Virus record (IMG/VR): IMGVR_UViG_3300019458_000024
Location: 1-64,000 of that record
Direction: 5' to 3' (one strand)
Length of the DNA stretch: 64,000 bases
Source: a virus
In this document: positions 18,483-26,829 of the stretch, piece by piece
Numbering within the stretch: position 1 is the stretch's first letter
Layout: each line of letters opens with the position of its first letter
Notes under the pieces: model-generated
Seen by the model: the letters and a program-made list of their open reading frames with translations, nothing else
Database searches by the model: none
Told to the model about the DNA's origin: nothing
Made by a program: the position numbers and the translations under genes

Positions 18483-19532
18483 TTGGAATACCTATTTGTT
18501 AAAAATCTTCTTTTAGAACTTTTAAAACTCCTCTCATTACGTAATTGGGAAACCAAATTTACGCACAATGATGTAAAAGAAATTCTAAAATGTGAAGAAC
18601 CTACATGTGGTCTTGTTGTATCCTTAGGTGTGGAAAAAGGGTACTTTGAATTACAATTTCAAGACTACGTAATAACAAAAAATGGTAAGAGTGTAGGCGC
18701 TCAAATGAGCATGTGTATGACACCTTTACCTACATGTAAAAGTGACGTAAGTGTTGAAAAAGACTCAAAAGATTTTTTGGGTCCTACCCTCAAAGCGACA
18801 GCTTTCTCAATTTCTAGTGTTCTAAACAATGATCTCAAGGATCAAATAGATCTTAGAGATCTAGGTATTTCTACAATTACTAGTAATACGGTGTCGCGTG
18901 CGCGTGCGCGCGTGAACGTAAATAACCTTAAAATAGCTAAAAAAGAAGAAGAAGTGAAATCCATTCTCTCAGGAGAGACTGCATCAGGAGATGATGAAAC
19001 TGCGAAGTGTTGGTTAATGGCAAAAGTTTATGAACAACAACTTCGTGAGTATAGAAACAAACCGTATATGGTGTTCTTTAAGAAATCTGAGTTGTCCCGT
19101 CAGACAAAAACAGTGCTTAAACGAGCCTGTGCCTTTGCAGATGAACTTGGTGTAGATTTCACGACATATGTTCGAGCGCAGTTTTGGTGGTTTGATACCA
19201 ACTTCTCACAGGCTCCTGAACTTCATTACCTTGCCTCCAGTAGGTCCAAGTTCAATGCCAAGGAGCGCGTGAAGGTATTCTTGCAGGAAGCCTCTACAAC
19301 GCAGCTAATGAAGCCTGTGAGGAGCAGAGAGATGGTTCCTCCAAAATGGAATAACTCAGCTAAATTTGATCAGTGTGATGTGGTGTTGAAGCGTATGATG
19401 ACTAACTATAAACTAACCGAAGAAGAAGTGTTTAAAGCTTTTAAGGGGCACAGTATTGATTTGTTCTTTGATTCTGCGTGGTTAAAGCAGAATGAAACAT
19501 ATAAACGACTTAGAGCAGCGGGCGAGGTTTAA
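18483..19532 (+). CDS. Putative replication initiator/DNA-binding protein
   Basis: N-terminal wHTH-like segment; central low-complexity linker with SRARARV; first gene of the replication cluster. Confidence 0.4.
   Translation: MEYLFVKNLLLELLKLLSLRNWETKFTHNDVKEILKCEEPTCGLVVSLGVEKGYFELQFQDYVITKNGKSVGAQMSMCMTPLPTCKSDVSVEKDSKDFLGPTLKATAFSISSVLNNDLKDQIDLRDLGISTITSNTVSRARARVNVNNLKIAKKEEEVKSILSGETASGDDETAKCWLMAKVYEQQLREYRNKPYMVFFKKSELSRQTKTVLKRACAFADELGVDFTTYVRAQFWWFDTNFSQAPELHYLASSRSKFNAKERVKVFLQEASTTQLMKPVRSREMVPPKWNNSAKFDQCDVVLKRMMTNYKLTEEEVFKAFKGHSIDLFFDSAWLKQNETYKRLRAAGEV
18831..18914. repeat. Four GATC at 9-nt spacing plus a 20-nt alternating purine/pyrimidine tract
   Basis: GATC at 18831, 18840, 18849, 18858; CGCGTGCGCGTGCGCGCGTG at 18895-18914. 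Confidence 0.6.
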
Positions 19533-19536
19533 ATCT

Positions 19537-22500
19537 ATGTCAGATAATAAGTCGGGCGGTCTATTCGCGTCCGGTGTGGATTACGTTCGTGAAGGTTCGG
19601 CTGTTTATGTAGGTGAGCCTTCTCCATTGTCTGATGATTTTGTTCCTAGCGGAGAGAATCCTAAACTAAAGATTAATGAAAACTTTACTTTAGGACAATC
19701 TGACCCATTCAAAAGTGTTGAATGGGAATTTCGAGACGTAGTTCTCACCAACCCACAGACAGGGGAAGAGGTTTTTAGTGGAAAGAATCTGGAATTTCCC
19801 AAAACTTGGTCACAGAACGCGGCCACGATTGTAGCTGAAAAGTATTTCAGATTCGTTCTGCAGGATGACGGTACGAAGGTTAAAGAGATATCTGTAAAGC
19901 AGATGATTTCAAGGGTCGCTAGTACTATTGCACGTTGGGGGCAAATTGGCGGCTACCTCAGTGAGATTGGCGCTCGAAAGTTTTATAATGAATTGTCTTA
20001 TATTCTTGTGAACCAAATAGCTGCGTTCAACAGTCCGGTTTGGTTCAATATTGGAACTAATAAAGGGCTGCCTCAAACAGAAGCAGCTTCAGCATGTTTT
20101 ATTGTTTCTTTGCAAGATACTATGGAATCGATTCTTGAGCTGGCTAAGACTGAAGGTACTCTTTACAAAGGCGGATCAGGCTCTGGGGTGAATTACTCAA
20201 ATCTTAGATCATCTCGTGAGAAATTGAGTGTTGGAGGAACTTCCTCTGGTCCTGTTCCTTTTATGTTGAAAGATGATTTCAATGCAGGTGCTGTGCGCAG
20301 TGGAGGTACGTGCCTAGCTCCCTACCAGAGGGTATATACCGCTGAAGGGCCCGTGGCTGTAGAAGAACTTGCTAAACTGGAAAGCTTTATTGTTTTGAGT
20401 TTTGATCCTCCTGCAGGTCGTTACAAAGCCAAGAAGGCGCGTGCGTGGAAAGCTGGTAGAAAGAATGTAGTTAAGATTGTTACTGATAAGGGTGAATTTC
20501 ACGTAACTGATGACCATCCTATTAAACTGTCGTCAGCAAACTTTGTGAAAGCGGGCGACCTAACACCAGGTTTGTCTTTATTTGCTTGTTGTATTGACGA
20601 CCGGGCCGGTTATGTTCGTGTTAATTTGCGAAATGGTCGAAAAGGTAAGGAGTTTTTCCATAGATTGATAGCTTCCGATGTTGGTGGGTATGATATAGAC
20701 AATCTTGTTGTGCATCACAAGGACCACAACAAAATCAACAACGCACTTTCAAATCTTGAGGTGATGACACAATCTTCGCACGCCTTTCAACACAATAAAG
20801 AACTAGTAGATGTGGGAGACCATGTATTCCAGCGTAGATCATTTCCAAAGGCTGGTCGTGCAAATGGTATGCACAGCAGTTCTGCGTTCTGGGACTCTCC
20901 GGAAAAATTAACTGCCTATCGATCACGTTTAGCCGCTGCTATTAAGCCTCACGCACGAGAAATGCAAAAAGCAGCTGGTCAACAACGCATGATGAACACC
21001 GCGTATACACTACTTAATGCTGGGTGTGCAATTGATACATTTGAGCAATATGTGGTGAGTAGAAAGCAGATTTTAGGACGTATTAGTAGTGTTTCCAAAT
21101 TAAGGAAAATGCTTAACCATAGATTTGATAATTACGATAATTTTCTCAAAGAAGTAAATGCTAACAATCACCGTGTAATCAGTGTTGTTCGTGTAGGAGA
21201 GATGGACGTTTATGACGTTGAGGTTGAGTGCCCCACGCTAGATGACAAAAGCCCAATGACCGGGCACAATTTCGTTATCTGGTGTGACGATTCCAATTTT
21301 GGCTCTGGTGTTGTTGTAGCAAACACACGCAGAGCGGCAAAAATGACAATTCTAAATATAGACCATGGAGATATTTTAGAATTCATTCAATGCAAAGCTA
21401 AAGGGGAGGAAGTAGCACATGCTCTGATTGATTCCGGTAAATTTTCTGGAGACTTCAGAGACCGCTGGGGTGCTTATGCTATTGCTCCATTTCAAAACGC
21501 CAATCACTCAGTACGTGTGACTGATGAATTCATGAAGGCTGTTGAGAATGACGATACTTGGAATCTACTAGCCAGGGACGGCACTGCGTTGCAGATTGTT
21601 AAAGCACGCACTCTGTGGGATGAGATTTGTAAGGCTGCTTGGTTTTGCGGTGATCCTGGTTTGCAGTTTGATACTACAATTAATAAATGGCACACCAGTC
21701 CAGCTAGTGGACGAATTAGCGGATCAAACCCGTGTTGTCTGACTGGTGATACGCTAGTTGAGACTTCTGAGGGGCGGATTCGAATTGATAAGCTGGTTGA
21801 TATGTATAATGCGGGTGAGAAACTACCGCAAGCATTTGCTTGGGATGAGTCTGCAAACCTTCCCGTGCTGCGTCCCATAACCAAGGCGTGGAAAGCTGGG
21901 GACACTACTTCGCTTGTTATTGTCACAACCGACAAGGGCGCGACAATCAAGTGTACACCCGAACACAAGTTTTTGTTGCGTAACGGTTCGTGGGTTCAAG
22001 CTTGTGATTTGAATCCTGGAATGCGGCTACGTAAAATAGGACGTTGGGCCAATGAACAGCGGTCTGATCGTTGGCACATCAATCACAAAACAACCATGTC
22101 CGCCCCAAATGGAACTTCTATCCAAGCCCGATGGATGTGGGAACAAGCTAACGGACCAATACCTCCGGGCTATGCCATCCATCATTTAAACGGTGACCCC
22201 ACTGATGATCGACTTTCAAATCTAGAGATGATAACGCGTTTTGAGCACGCAAGTGGCCACGCAAGCGGTGCTGAAAATTCTCGCTTCATGGAAGTGCGCC
22301 CAGAAGTGTTGGTAGAAATTTACGAGGAGATTGAAGCTACTCCAAAACGGACCCATAAAAATGGTATTGCGGTTACGCCGGCCCGATGGAATAGCTTCAT
22401 AAAGAGAAGAGGGCTTATTGGAAAGGTGCCAATGGCACAGAGTCCGTCCACAGGTGGACGTATACAAGGTATGGCTTGGAGCCAATTTGTTGAGTTCATT

Positions 22501-24243
22501 GAAGACCACCGTGGCGATGTTAATGACTGTGTAGTGTCTGTATCTAGAGACGACCGCACAGACTCTACATGTTGGGCTGTGTATGATTTAGAGATTGAAG
22601 GTGTTCATAATTTTTCCGTCGGTACGCAAGGCGTGGACCACGGGATTATTGTTCACAACTCAGAATACATGTTTCTGGATGATTCAAGCTGCAACTTAGC
22701 GTCGATCAACTTGCTCAAGTTTTTGCGTTCCGATGGGATGTTTGATGTTGATGGTTACCTTCACACGATTGACGTATTGATTACGGCAATGGAAATTCTT
22801 GTTGGATATGCAAAATATCCGACTAAGAAAATTGAGGAGAATAGCCACAATTTCCGCCCTCTAGGTCTGGGCTACACTAACCTCGGGGCTTTGCTGATGT
22901 CTCAAGGAATGGCTTACGACAGTGTTGAAGGTCGTACACAAGCGGCATTGTTAGCTTCAATCCTTACTGGTCGCGCGTATCGCCGTAGTGCTGAAATAGC
23001 CTCAGTAGTTGGTCCTTTCGAAGATTATGATGTCAATCGTGCTTCCATGTTGAATGTTATGAATATGCATCTCAATTCTATGAATGCAGTATCTGCCCGG
23101 ACGGACCAAGAGTCTTTGTTGGAAAATACTGCTAAAAACGCTTGGAAAGAGTGTATTTCTCTGGGCAACAAATATGGTTATAGAAATGCACAAGCAAGTG
23201 TGATGGCACCTACTGGAACTATTGCTTTTTTAATGGACTGCGACACCACTGGCATTGAACCTGATTTATCGTTAAATAAAACGAAAAAACTCGTTGGTGG
23301 TGGGACAATGAAGATTGTAAATAAACAAGTTGAACCAGCTTTGAAGGCTTTTCGCTATTCAGACTCTGATATTACAAGTATTTTGACCAAGATTAGGGAA
23401 ACCGGGTCCGCCGCTAATTCTCCTTTATTGGAGTGTCACCAAAATGTGTTTGCGACAAGTTTTCCAGATCCGGTGAGTGGTAGATTCATTAGACCTGAAG
23501 CGCATGTTCTCATGATGGCGGCTATCCAACCATTCGTCAGTGGCGCTCTATCCAAGACAGTCAATATGTCAAACACAGCTACTGTGGAAGACATTGGCAA
23601 AGTATATATGGAGGCTTGGAAGCTTGGCCTCAAAGCTATTGCTTTATACAGAGATGGCTGCAAGCGCACACAACCGTTGTCTGTTGAGAACGCTGTTGTA
23701 GAGTCTGAAACAGCGCCAGAACCTTTGCAAGTTCGTAGGAAATTACCCAACGACTGTGTAGCGCACAGGCACCATTTTAAAATCAGTCAACACGCAGGAT
23801 ATCTGCATATCGGGCTGTATCCAGATGGAAAACCTGGAGAACTTTTTATTCAAATGGCCAAAGAAGGTTCCACCGTGTCTGGTTTGATGGATGCAATTGG
23901 GGTTCTTACGTCTATTGCGCTGCAGTATGGAGTTCCTCTTGACGTATTGGTGGAAAAATTCTCTTACACTCAATTTGAGCCGGCCGGCATGACTAGTAAT
24001 GAGGATATAAAGTTCGCGCAAAGTCCTCTAGACTATATTTTCAGATTCCTTGGCTCTCAGTTTTCAGTTGAAGAAAATCCAACTGTTGAAGTAAAAGACT
24101 TGTCAAAAAGTGACGATACACGTATAAAAAGTGTGCTTAACGGCGCTTATGGTCAAGTATGTACTAATTGCGGCAATGGAATGCAGCGCGCCGGATCTTG
24201 CCTAACGTGTTCAACCTGTGGTAATACATCAGGATGTGGTTAA
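19537..24243 (+). CDS. nrdJ: Class II (B12-dependent) ribonucleotide reductase with two inteins
   Basis: FNSPVWFN, SACF, GSGSGVNYS, TRRAAKM, NPC/SE, CNLASINL, RPLGLG, MAPTGT, SKTVNM; C-terminal TSCPD-like domain and Zn ribbon. Confidence 0.92.
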   Translation: MSDNKSGGLFASGVDYVREGSAVYVGEPSPLSDDFVPSGENPKLKINENFTLGQSDPFKSVEWEFRDVVLTNPQTGEEVFSGKNLEFPKTWSQNAATIVAEKYFRFVLQDDGTKVKEISVKQMISRVASTIARWGQIGGYLSEIGARKFYNELSYILVNQIAAFNSPVWFNIGTNKGLPQTEAASACFIVSLQDTMESILELAKTEGTLYKGGSGSGVNYSNLRSSREKLSVGGTSSGPVPFMLKDDFNAGAVRSGGTCLAPYQRVYTAEGPVAVEELAKLESFIVLSFDPPAGRYKAKKARAWKAGRKNVVKIVTDKGEFHVTDDHPIKLSSANFVKAGDLTPGLSLFACCIDDRAGYVRVNLRNGRKGKEFFHRLIASDVGGYDIDNLVVHHKDHNKINNALSNLEVMTQSSHAFQHNKELVDVGDHVFQRRSFPKAGRANGMHSSSAFWDSPEKLTAYRSRLAAAIKPHAREMQKAAGQQRMMNTAYTLLNAGCAIDTFEQYVVSRKQILGRISSVSKLRKMLNHRFDNYDNFLKEVNANNHRVISVVRVGEMDVYDVEVECPTLDDKSPMTGHNFVIWCDDSNFGSGVVVANTRRAAKMTILNIDHGDILEFIQCKAKGEEVAHALIDSGKFSGDFRDRWGAYAIAPFQNANHSVRVTDEFMKAVENDDTWNLLARDGTALQIVKARTLWDEICKAAWFCGDPGLQFDTTINKWHTSPASGRISGSNPCCLTGDTLVETSEGRIRIDKLVDMYNAGEKLPQAFAWDESANLPVLRPITKAWKAGDTTSLVIVTTDKGATIKCTPEHKFLLRNGSWVQACDLNPGMRLRKIGRWANEQRSDRWHINHKTTMSAPNGTSIQARWMWEQANGPIPPGYAIHHLNGDPTDDRLSNLEMITRFEHASGHASGAENSRFMEVRPEVLVEIYEEIEATPKRTHKNGIAVTPARWNSFIKRRGLIGKVPMAQSPSTGGRIQGMAWSQFVEFIEDHRGDVNDCVVSVSRDDRTDSTCWAVYDLEIEGVHNFSVGTQGVDHGIIVHNSEYMFLDDSSCNLASINLLKFLRSDGMFDVDGYLHTIDVLITAMEILVGYAKYPTKKIEENSHNFRPLGLGYTNLGALLMSQGMAYDSVEGRTQAALLASILTGRAYRRSAEIASVVGPFEDYDVNRASMLNVMNMHLNSMNAVSARTDQESLLENTAKNAWKECISLGNKYGYRNAQASVMAPTGTIAFLMDCDTTGIEPDLSLNKTKKLVGGGTMKIVNKQVEPALKAFRYSDSDITSILTKIRETGSAANSPLLECHQNVFATSFPDPVSGRFIRPEAHVLMMAAIQPFVSGALSKTVNMSNTATVEDIGKVYMEAWKLGLKAIALYRDGCKRTQPLSVENAVVESETAPEPLQVRRKLPNDCVAHRHHFKISQHAGYLHIGLYPDGKPGELFIQMAKEGSTVSGLMDAIGVLTSIALQYGVPLDVLVEKFSYTQFEPAGMTSNEDIKFAQSPLDYIFRFLGSQFSVEENPTVEVKDLSKSDDTRIKSVLNGAYGQVCTNCGNGMQRAGSCLTCSTCGNTSGCG
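20311..21324 (+). mobile_element. Intein 1 in NrdJ (338 aa) with HNH endonuclease
   Basis: GGT|CLAPYQ...TDDH...HRLIA..VVHHKDHNKINNALSNL...VYDVEV..HNF..VVAN|TRRAA. Confidence 0.88.
21736..22659 (+). mobile_element. Intein 2 in NrdJ (308 aa) with HNH endonuclease
   Basis: NPC|CLTGDT...TPEH...IHHLNGDPTDDRLSNL...VYDLEIEGVHNF..IIVHN|SEY. Confidence 0.9.
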
Positions 24244-24278
24244 ATGAATTTTCTATCCAGCGTCTTAGGGGGTAAATA

Positions 24279-24488
24279 ATGTCCGGTAAAATAAATCTAA
24301 CAGTGGGTGAGATGCAAGGAAACTTGCGCCAGCTGTTGGAATCTGATATTAATCTTAGTCCAGAGCAGCGTTACAGTTTAGTAGCTGCTATAGAGACTAT
24401 TGATTTTCTGAAAAAGATTTCACCAGGACTTAGAAAGGCTTTAGGTGAGCATGGTAGTGGGAAAGGTGCAAAGCAAAAACGTAAATAG
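24279..24488 (+). CDS. Hypothetical protein
   Basis: AGGGGG SD; 69 aa. Confidence 0.5.
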   Translation: MSGKINLTVGEMQGNLRQLLESDINLSPEQRYSLVAAIETIDFLKKISPGLRKALGEHGSGKGAKQKRK

Positions 24489-24512
24489 TACTTTTTTTGT
24501 TTTTATTAATTT

Positions 24513-25958
24513 ATGAACGCACAGAAGTTCTCTTTTGGTAGAGACTTCCAGATAGGGATCTTAGCGCTGATGATGCAGCGCTTTGAATTTCTATTAATGG
24601 CAGTTGAACTCGTACCAGCAGACTCATTTGAGGACAAGATTCTCATTTGGTTTTTTAATACGACGAAAGAATATTATACACAACATAAAGAAGCTCCCTC
24701 TAGATCTGTAATTGAAAATGAATTACTTAAGGCGTGTAAAACAAAAATTTTTAAGGAAAATGAGATTGATGAGTATTTCAAAGTCTCCGAGAAGTTGTGG
24801 GAAACTGTTCAATCTCAAAACTATGTAGTGAATGAAGTTATTAGGTTTTGCAGGAGACAAGCCTGCCGTAAAGCATACCTTGAGACTGCTCCTCTTATGG
24901 ACTCTGCTGGTGAGGATGAGTGGGATCAGATTGTAGACAAAATAACTGACGCCAGAAATATAGGATTAAATTATCTAGAGGACGGGCACTGGTACTTCAA
25001 AGAAGTTAGAGCAAGGTGTAACAGAAGATTGAATAACATGGCAGTAAAGCAATCCCACACAGGAATATCAGGATATAACCCTACTTTCAAAGTAAAGGTA
25101 AATTTGGATGATATTTTAGGCGGTGGGCTAAACCAAGGACAATTAGGTATTTGGATGGGTAAGAGCGGCGGAGGTAAATCCATTGCTCTTTGTCATATTG
25201 GGAAACGTGCAGTTATTCAGGGGCAAAAGGTCATCCATTACACTCTAGAATTGGATGAGGATCAAATTGCCAGCAGGTACGATGCTAATTGGGCGGATGT
25301 AGACCATAGGAAACTAGTAAAAAACACCGCTAAAGTAGTTTCTGAGATCGAGAGGCTTGGAACACTTCAAGGTTATGAGGACCGTTTAATTATCCAATTC
25401 TTTCCAACCGGATCTGTGACTGTTAATGCAATTAGAAGCCATTTACGTCAACTCGCCAGTGTAGGATGGCTCCCAGATGTTATTATTGTTGACTATATAG
25501 ACCTACTTAAACCGACAACTAACTACAAAGATCAATATCAAGACCTTGGTGTTATTTCTCAAGATCTTAGAGGACTTGCTGGTGAGTTGGAAGTACCAAT
25601 GTGGACGGCTTCTCAAGTTAATCGTCCCGGTTACAATCTAGAAGTTGTGGATTTAGACCATATGGGTGATAGTATGCAGAAGGCATATATAGCCGATGTG
25701 GTTCTGGCCATTTGTGCTGATAGAGATGAGAAGCAGAAGGGAATTATGCGGATCAACGTAGCAAAAAATCGCAATGGTCCAGATAAGATTCAGGTGGGTA
25801 TTCGTACTGATTTTCCTAAAATGTCTTTGTATAAAGAATCTGCTGATGCGACGGACTGGCCAAGCCCTTCAGCAAAGAAGAAGGCCAATACCAATATTCC
25901 TGAAGAAGATCAAGCACCTGGGTTGCCTGATAAAAACGTGCATGAGGAGGATAAGTGA
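24513..25958 (+). CDS. Replicative DnaB-family helicase (T4 gp41-like)
   Basis: GKSGGGKS, TLEL, IIVDYIDLL, WTASQVNR, AKNRNG. Confidence 0.88.
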   Translation: MNAQKFSFGRDFQIGILALMMQRFEFLLMAVELVPADSFEDKILIWFFNTTKEYYTQHKEAPSRSVIENELLKACKTKIFKENEIDEYFKVSEKLWETVQSQNYVVNEVIRFCRRQACRKAYLETAPLMDSAGEDEWDQIVDKITDARNIGLNYLEDGHWYFKEVRARCNRRLNNMAVKQSHTGISGYNPTFKVKVNLDDILGGGLNQGQLGIWMGKSGGGKSIALCHIGKRAVIQGQKVIHYTLELDEDQIASRYDANWADVDHRKLVKNTAKVVSEIERLGTLQGYEDRLIIQFFPTGSVTVNAIRSHLRQLASVGWLPDVIIVDYIDLLKPTTNYKDQYQDLGVISQDLRGLAGELEVPMWTASQVNRPGYNLEVVDLDHMGDSMQKAYIADVVLAICADRDEKQKGIMRINVAKNRNGPDKIQVGIRTDFPKMSLYKESADATDWPSPSAKKKANTNIPEEDQAPGLPDKNVHEEDK

Positions 25959-26509
25959 GTTCAACTAACAGAGGGTCTGTAAGAAAATTAGATGATTTGT
26001 ACGAGACACCAGAGTGGCTTACAGAGTCTATAATTCCAGAATTATTGAGTAGAATTGTAAGACCTCAAGATTGTAAGGTTTTAGAACCTGCTTGTGGAAA
26101 AGGACTAATGGTGAGGGTTCTTAATAAGTATTTTCACAACATTACTGCTACTGATATTAACAGCTCGCCATCCGTAAACTTTTTGAATTCCAATATGCCA
26201 CCAAAACCTACATTCGATTTGATCATCACCAACCCACCTTATATACATGCAATGGAGTTTATTAAAAAGGCTCTAGAATGGCGTAGGACGCCTGAATCAG
26301 TGGTAGCTATGTTGCTTAGGCTTAACTTCTTAGGAAGCCGTAGAAGGGCTGTATGGCTTCGTGAGCATATACCAGCCGTGTATGTCACACCGCACAGACC
26401 GTCTTTCATAAATGGTAAGACAGATTCTACAGAATATGCTTGGTTTATATGGCAACAACCCTTTGAAAAGACTAGTGAACTTGGAATATTGGAAACAGAA
26501 AACACCTGA
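25955..26509 (+). CDS. DNA N6-adenine methyltransferase (small phage type)
   Basis: DLYETP, VLEPACGKG SAM motif, ITNPPY catalytic motif. Confidence 0.8.
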   Translation: MSSTNRGSVRKLDDLYETPEWLTESIIPELLSRIVRPQDCKVLEPACGKGLMVRVLNKYFHNITATDINSSPSVNFLNSNMPPKPTFDLIITNPPYIHAMEFIKKALEWRRTPESVVAMLLRLNFLGSRRRAVWLREHIPAVYVTPHRPSFINGKTDSTEYAWFIWQQPFEKTSELGILETENT

Positions 26510-26532
26510 ATGTCATACTAGTATGTGAAACT

Positions 26533-26829
26533 ATGTTCAGATCATATGATTTTTGTTGTGATGATTGTGTTTTGACATTTGATGCTCTTGTGGATAAAGA
26601 GGCAACGGAAGAGCCTTGTCCTGATTGTGGTAAGCCGGCGTACAAAATAATGAGCGCTCCGAGTATTATAACTGGCAACGATCCTGAGTCTAGAAAGCAA
26701 AAATTGTTGAAAAGATCCCAAGAACACACTAGGTCTGAACATAAAAAAAATCCGGAAAAATTGGCCGCGCAACTAGGTGGAACTCCTAAAGCTCAATCTC
26801 CTTGGAATATAAGATCTTCAAAGAAATGA
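26533..26829 (+). CDS. FmdB-family zinc-ribbon protein
   Basis: YDFCCDDC...CPDCGK..KIMSAP. Confidence 0.65.
   Translation: MFRSYDFCCDDCVLTFDALVDKEATEEPCPDCGKPAYKIMSAPSIITGNDPESRKQKLLKRSQEHTRSEHKKNPEKLAAQLGGTPKAQSPWNIRSSKK

Noticed and set aside
19492-19536. ORF-track start for nrdJ at 19492 (similarly 1215, 4422, 9574, 9963, 26802, 30403, 31959)
   Set aside because: These extensions overlap upstream genes; downstream ATGs with SD or stop-start coupling are more plausible.
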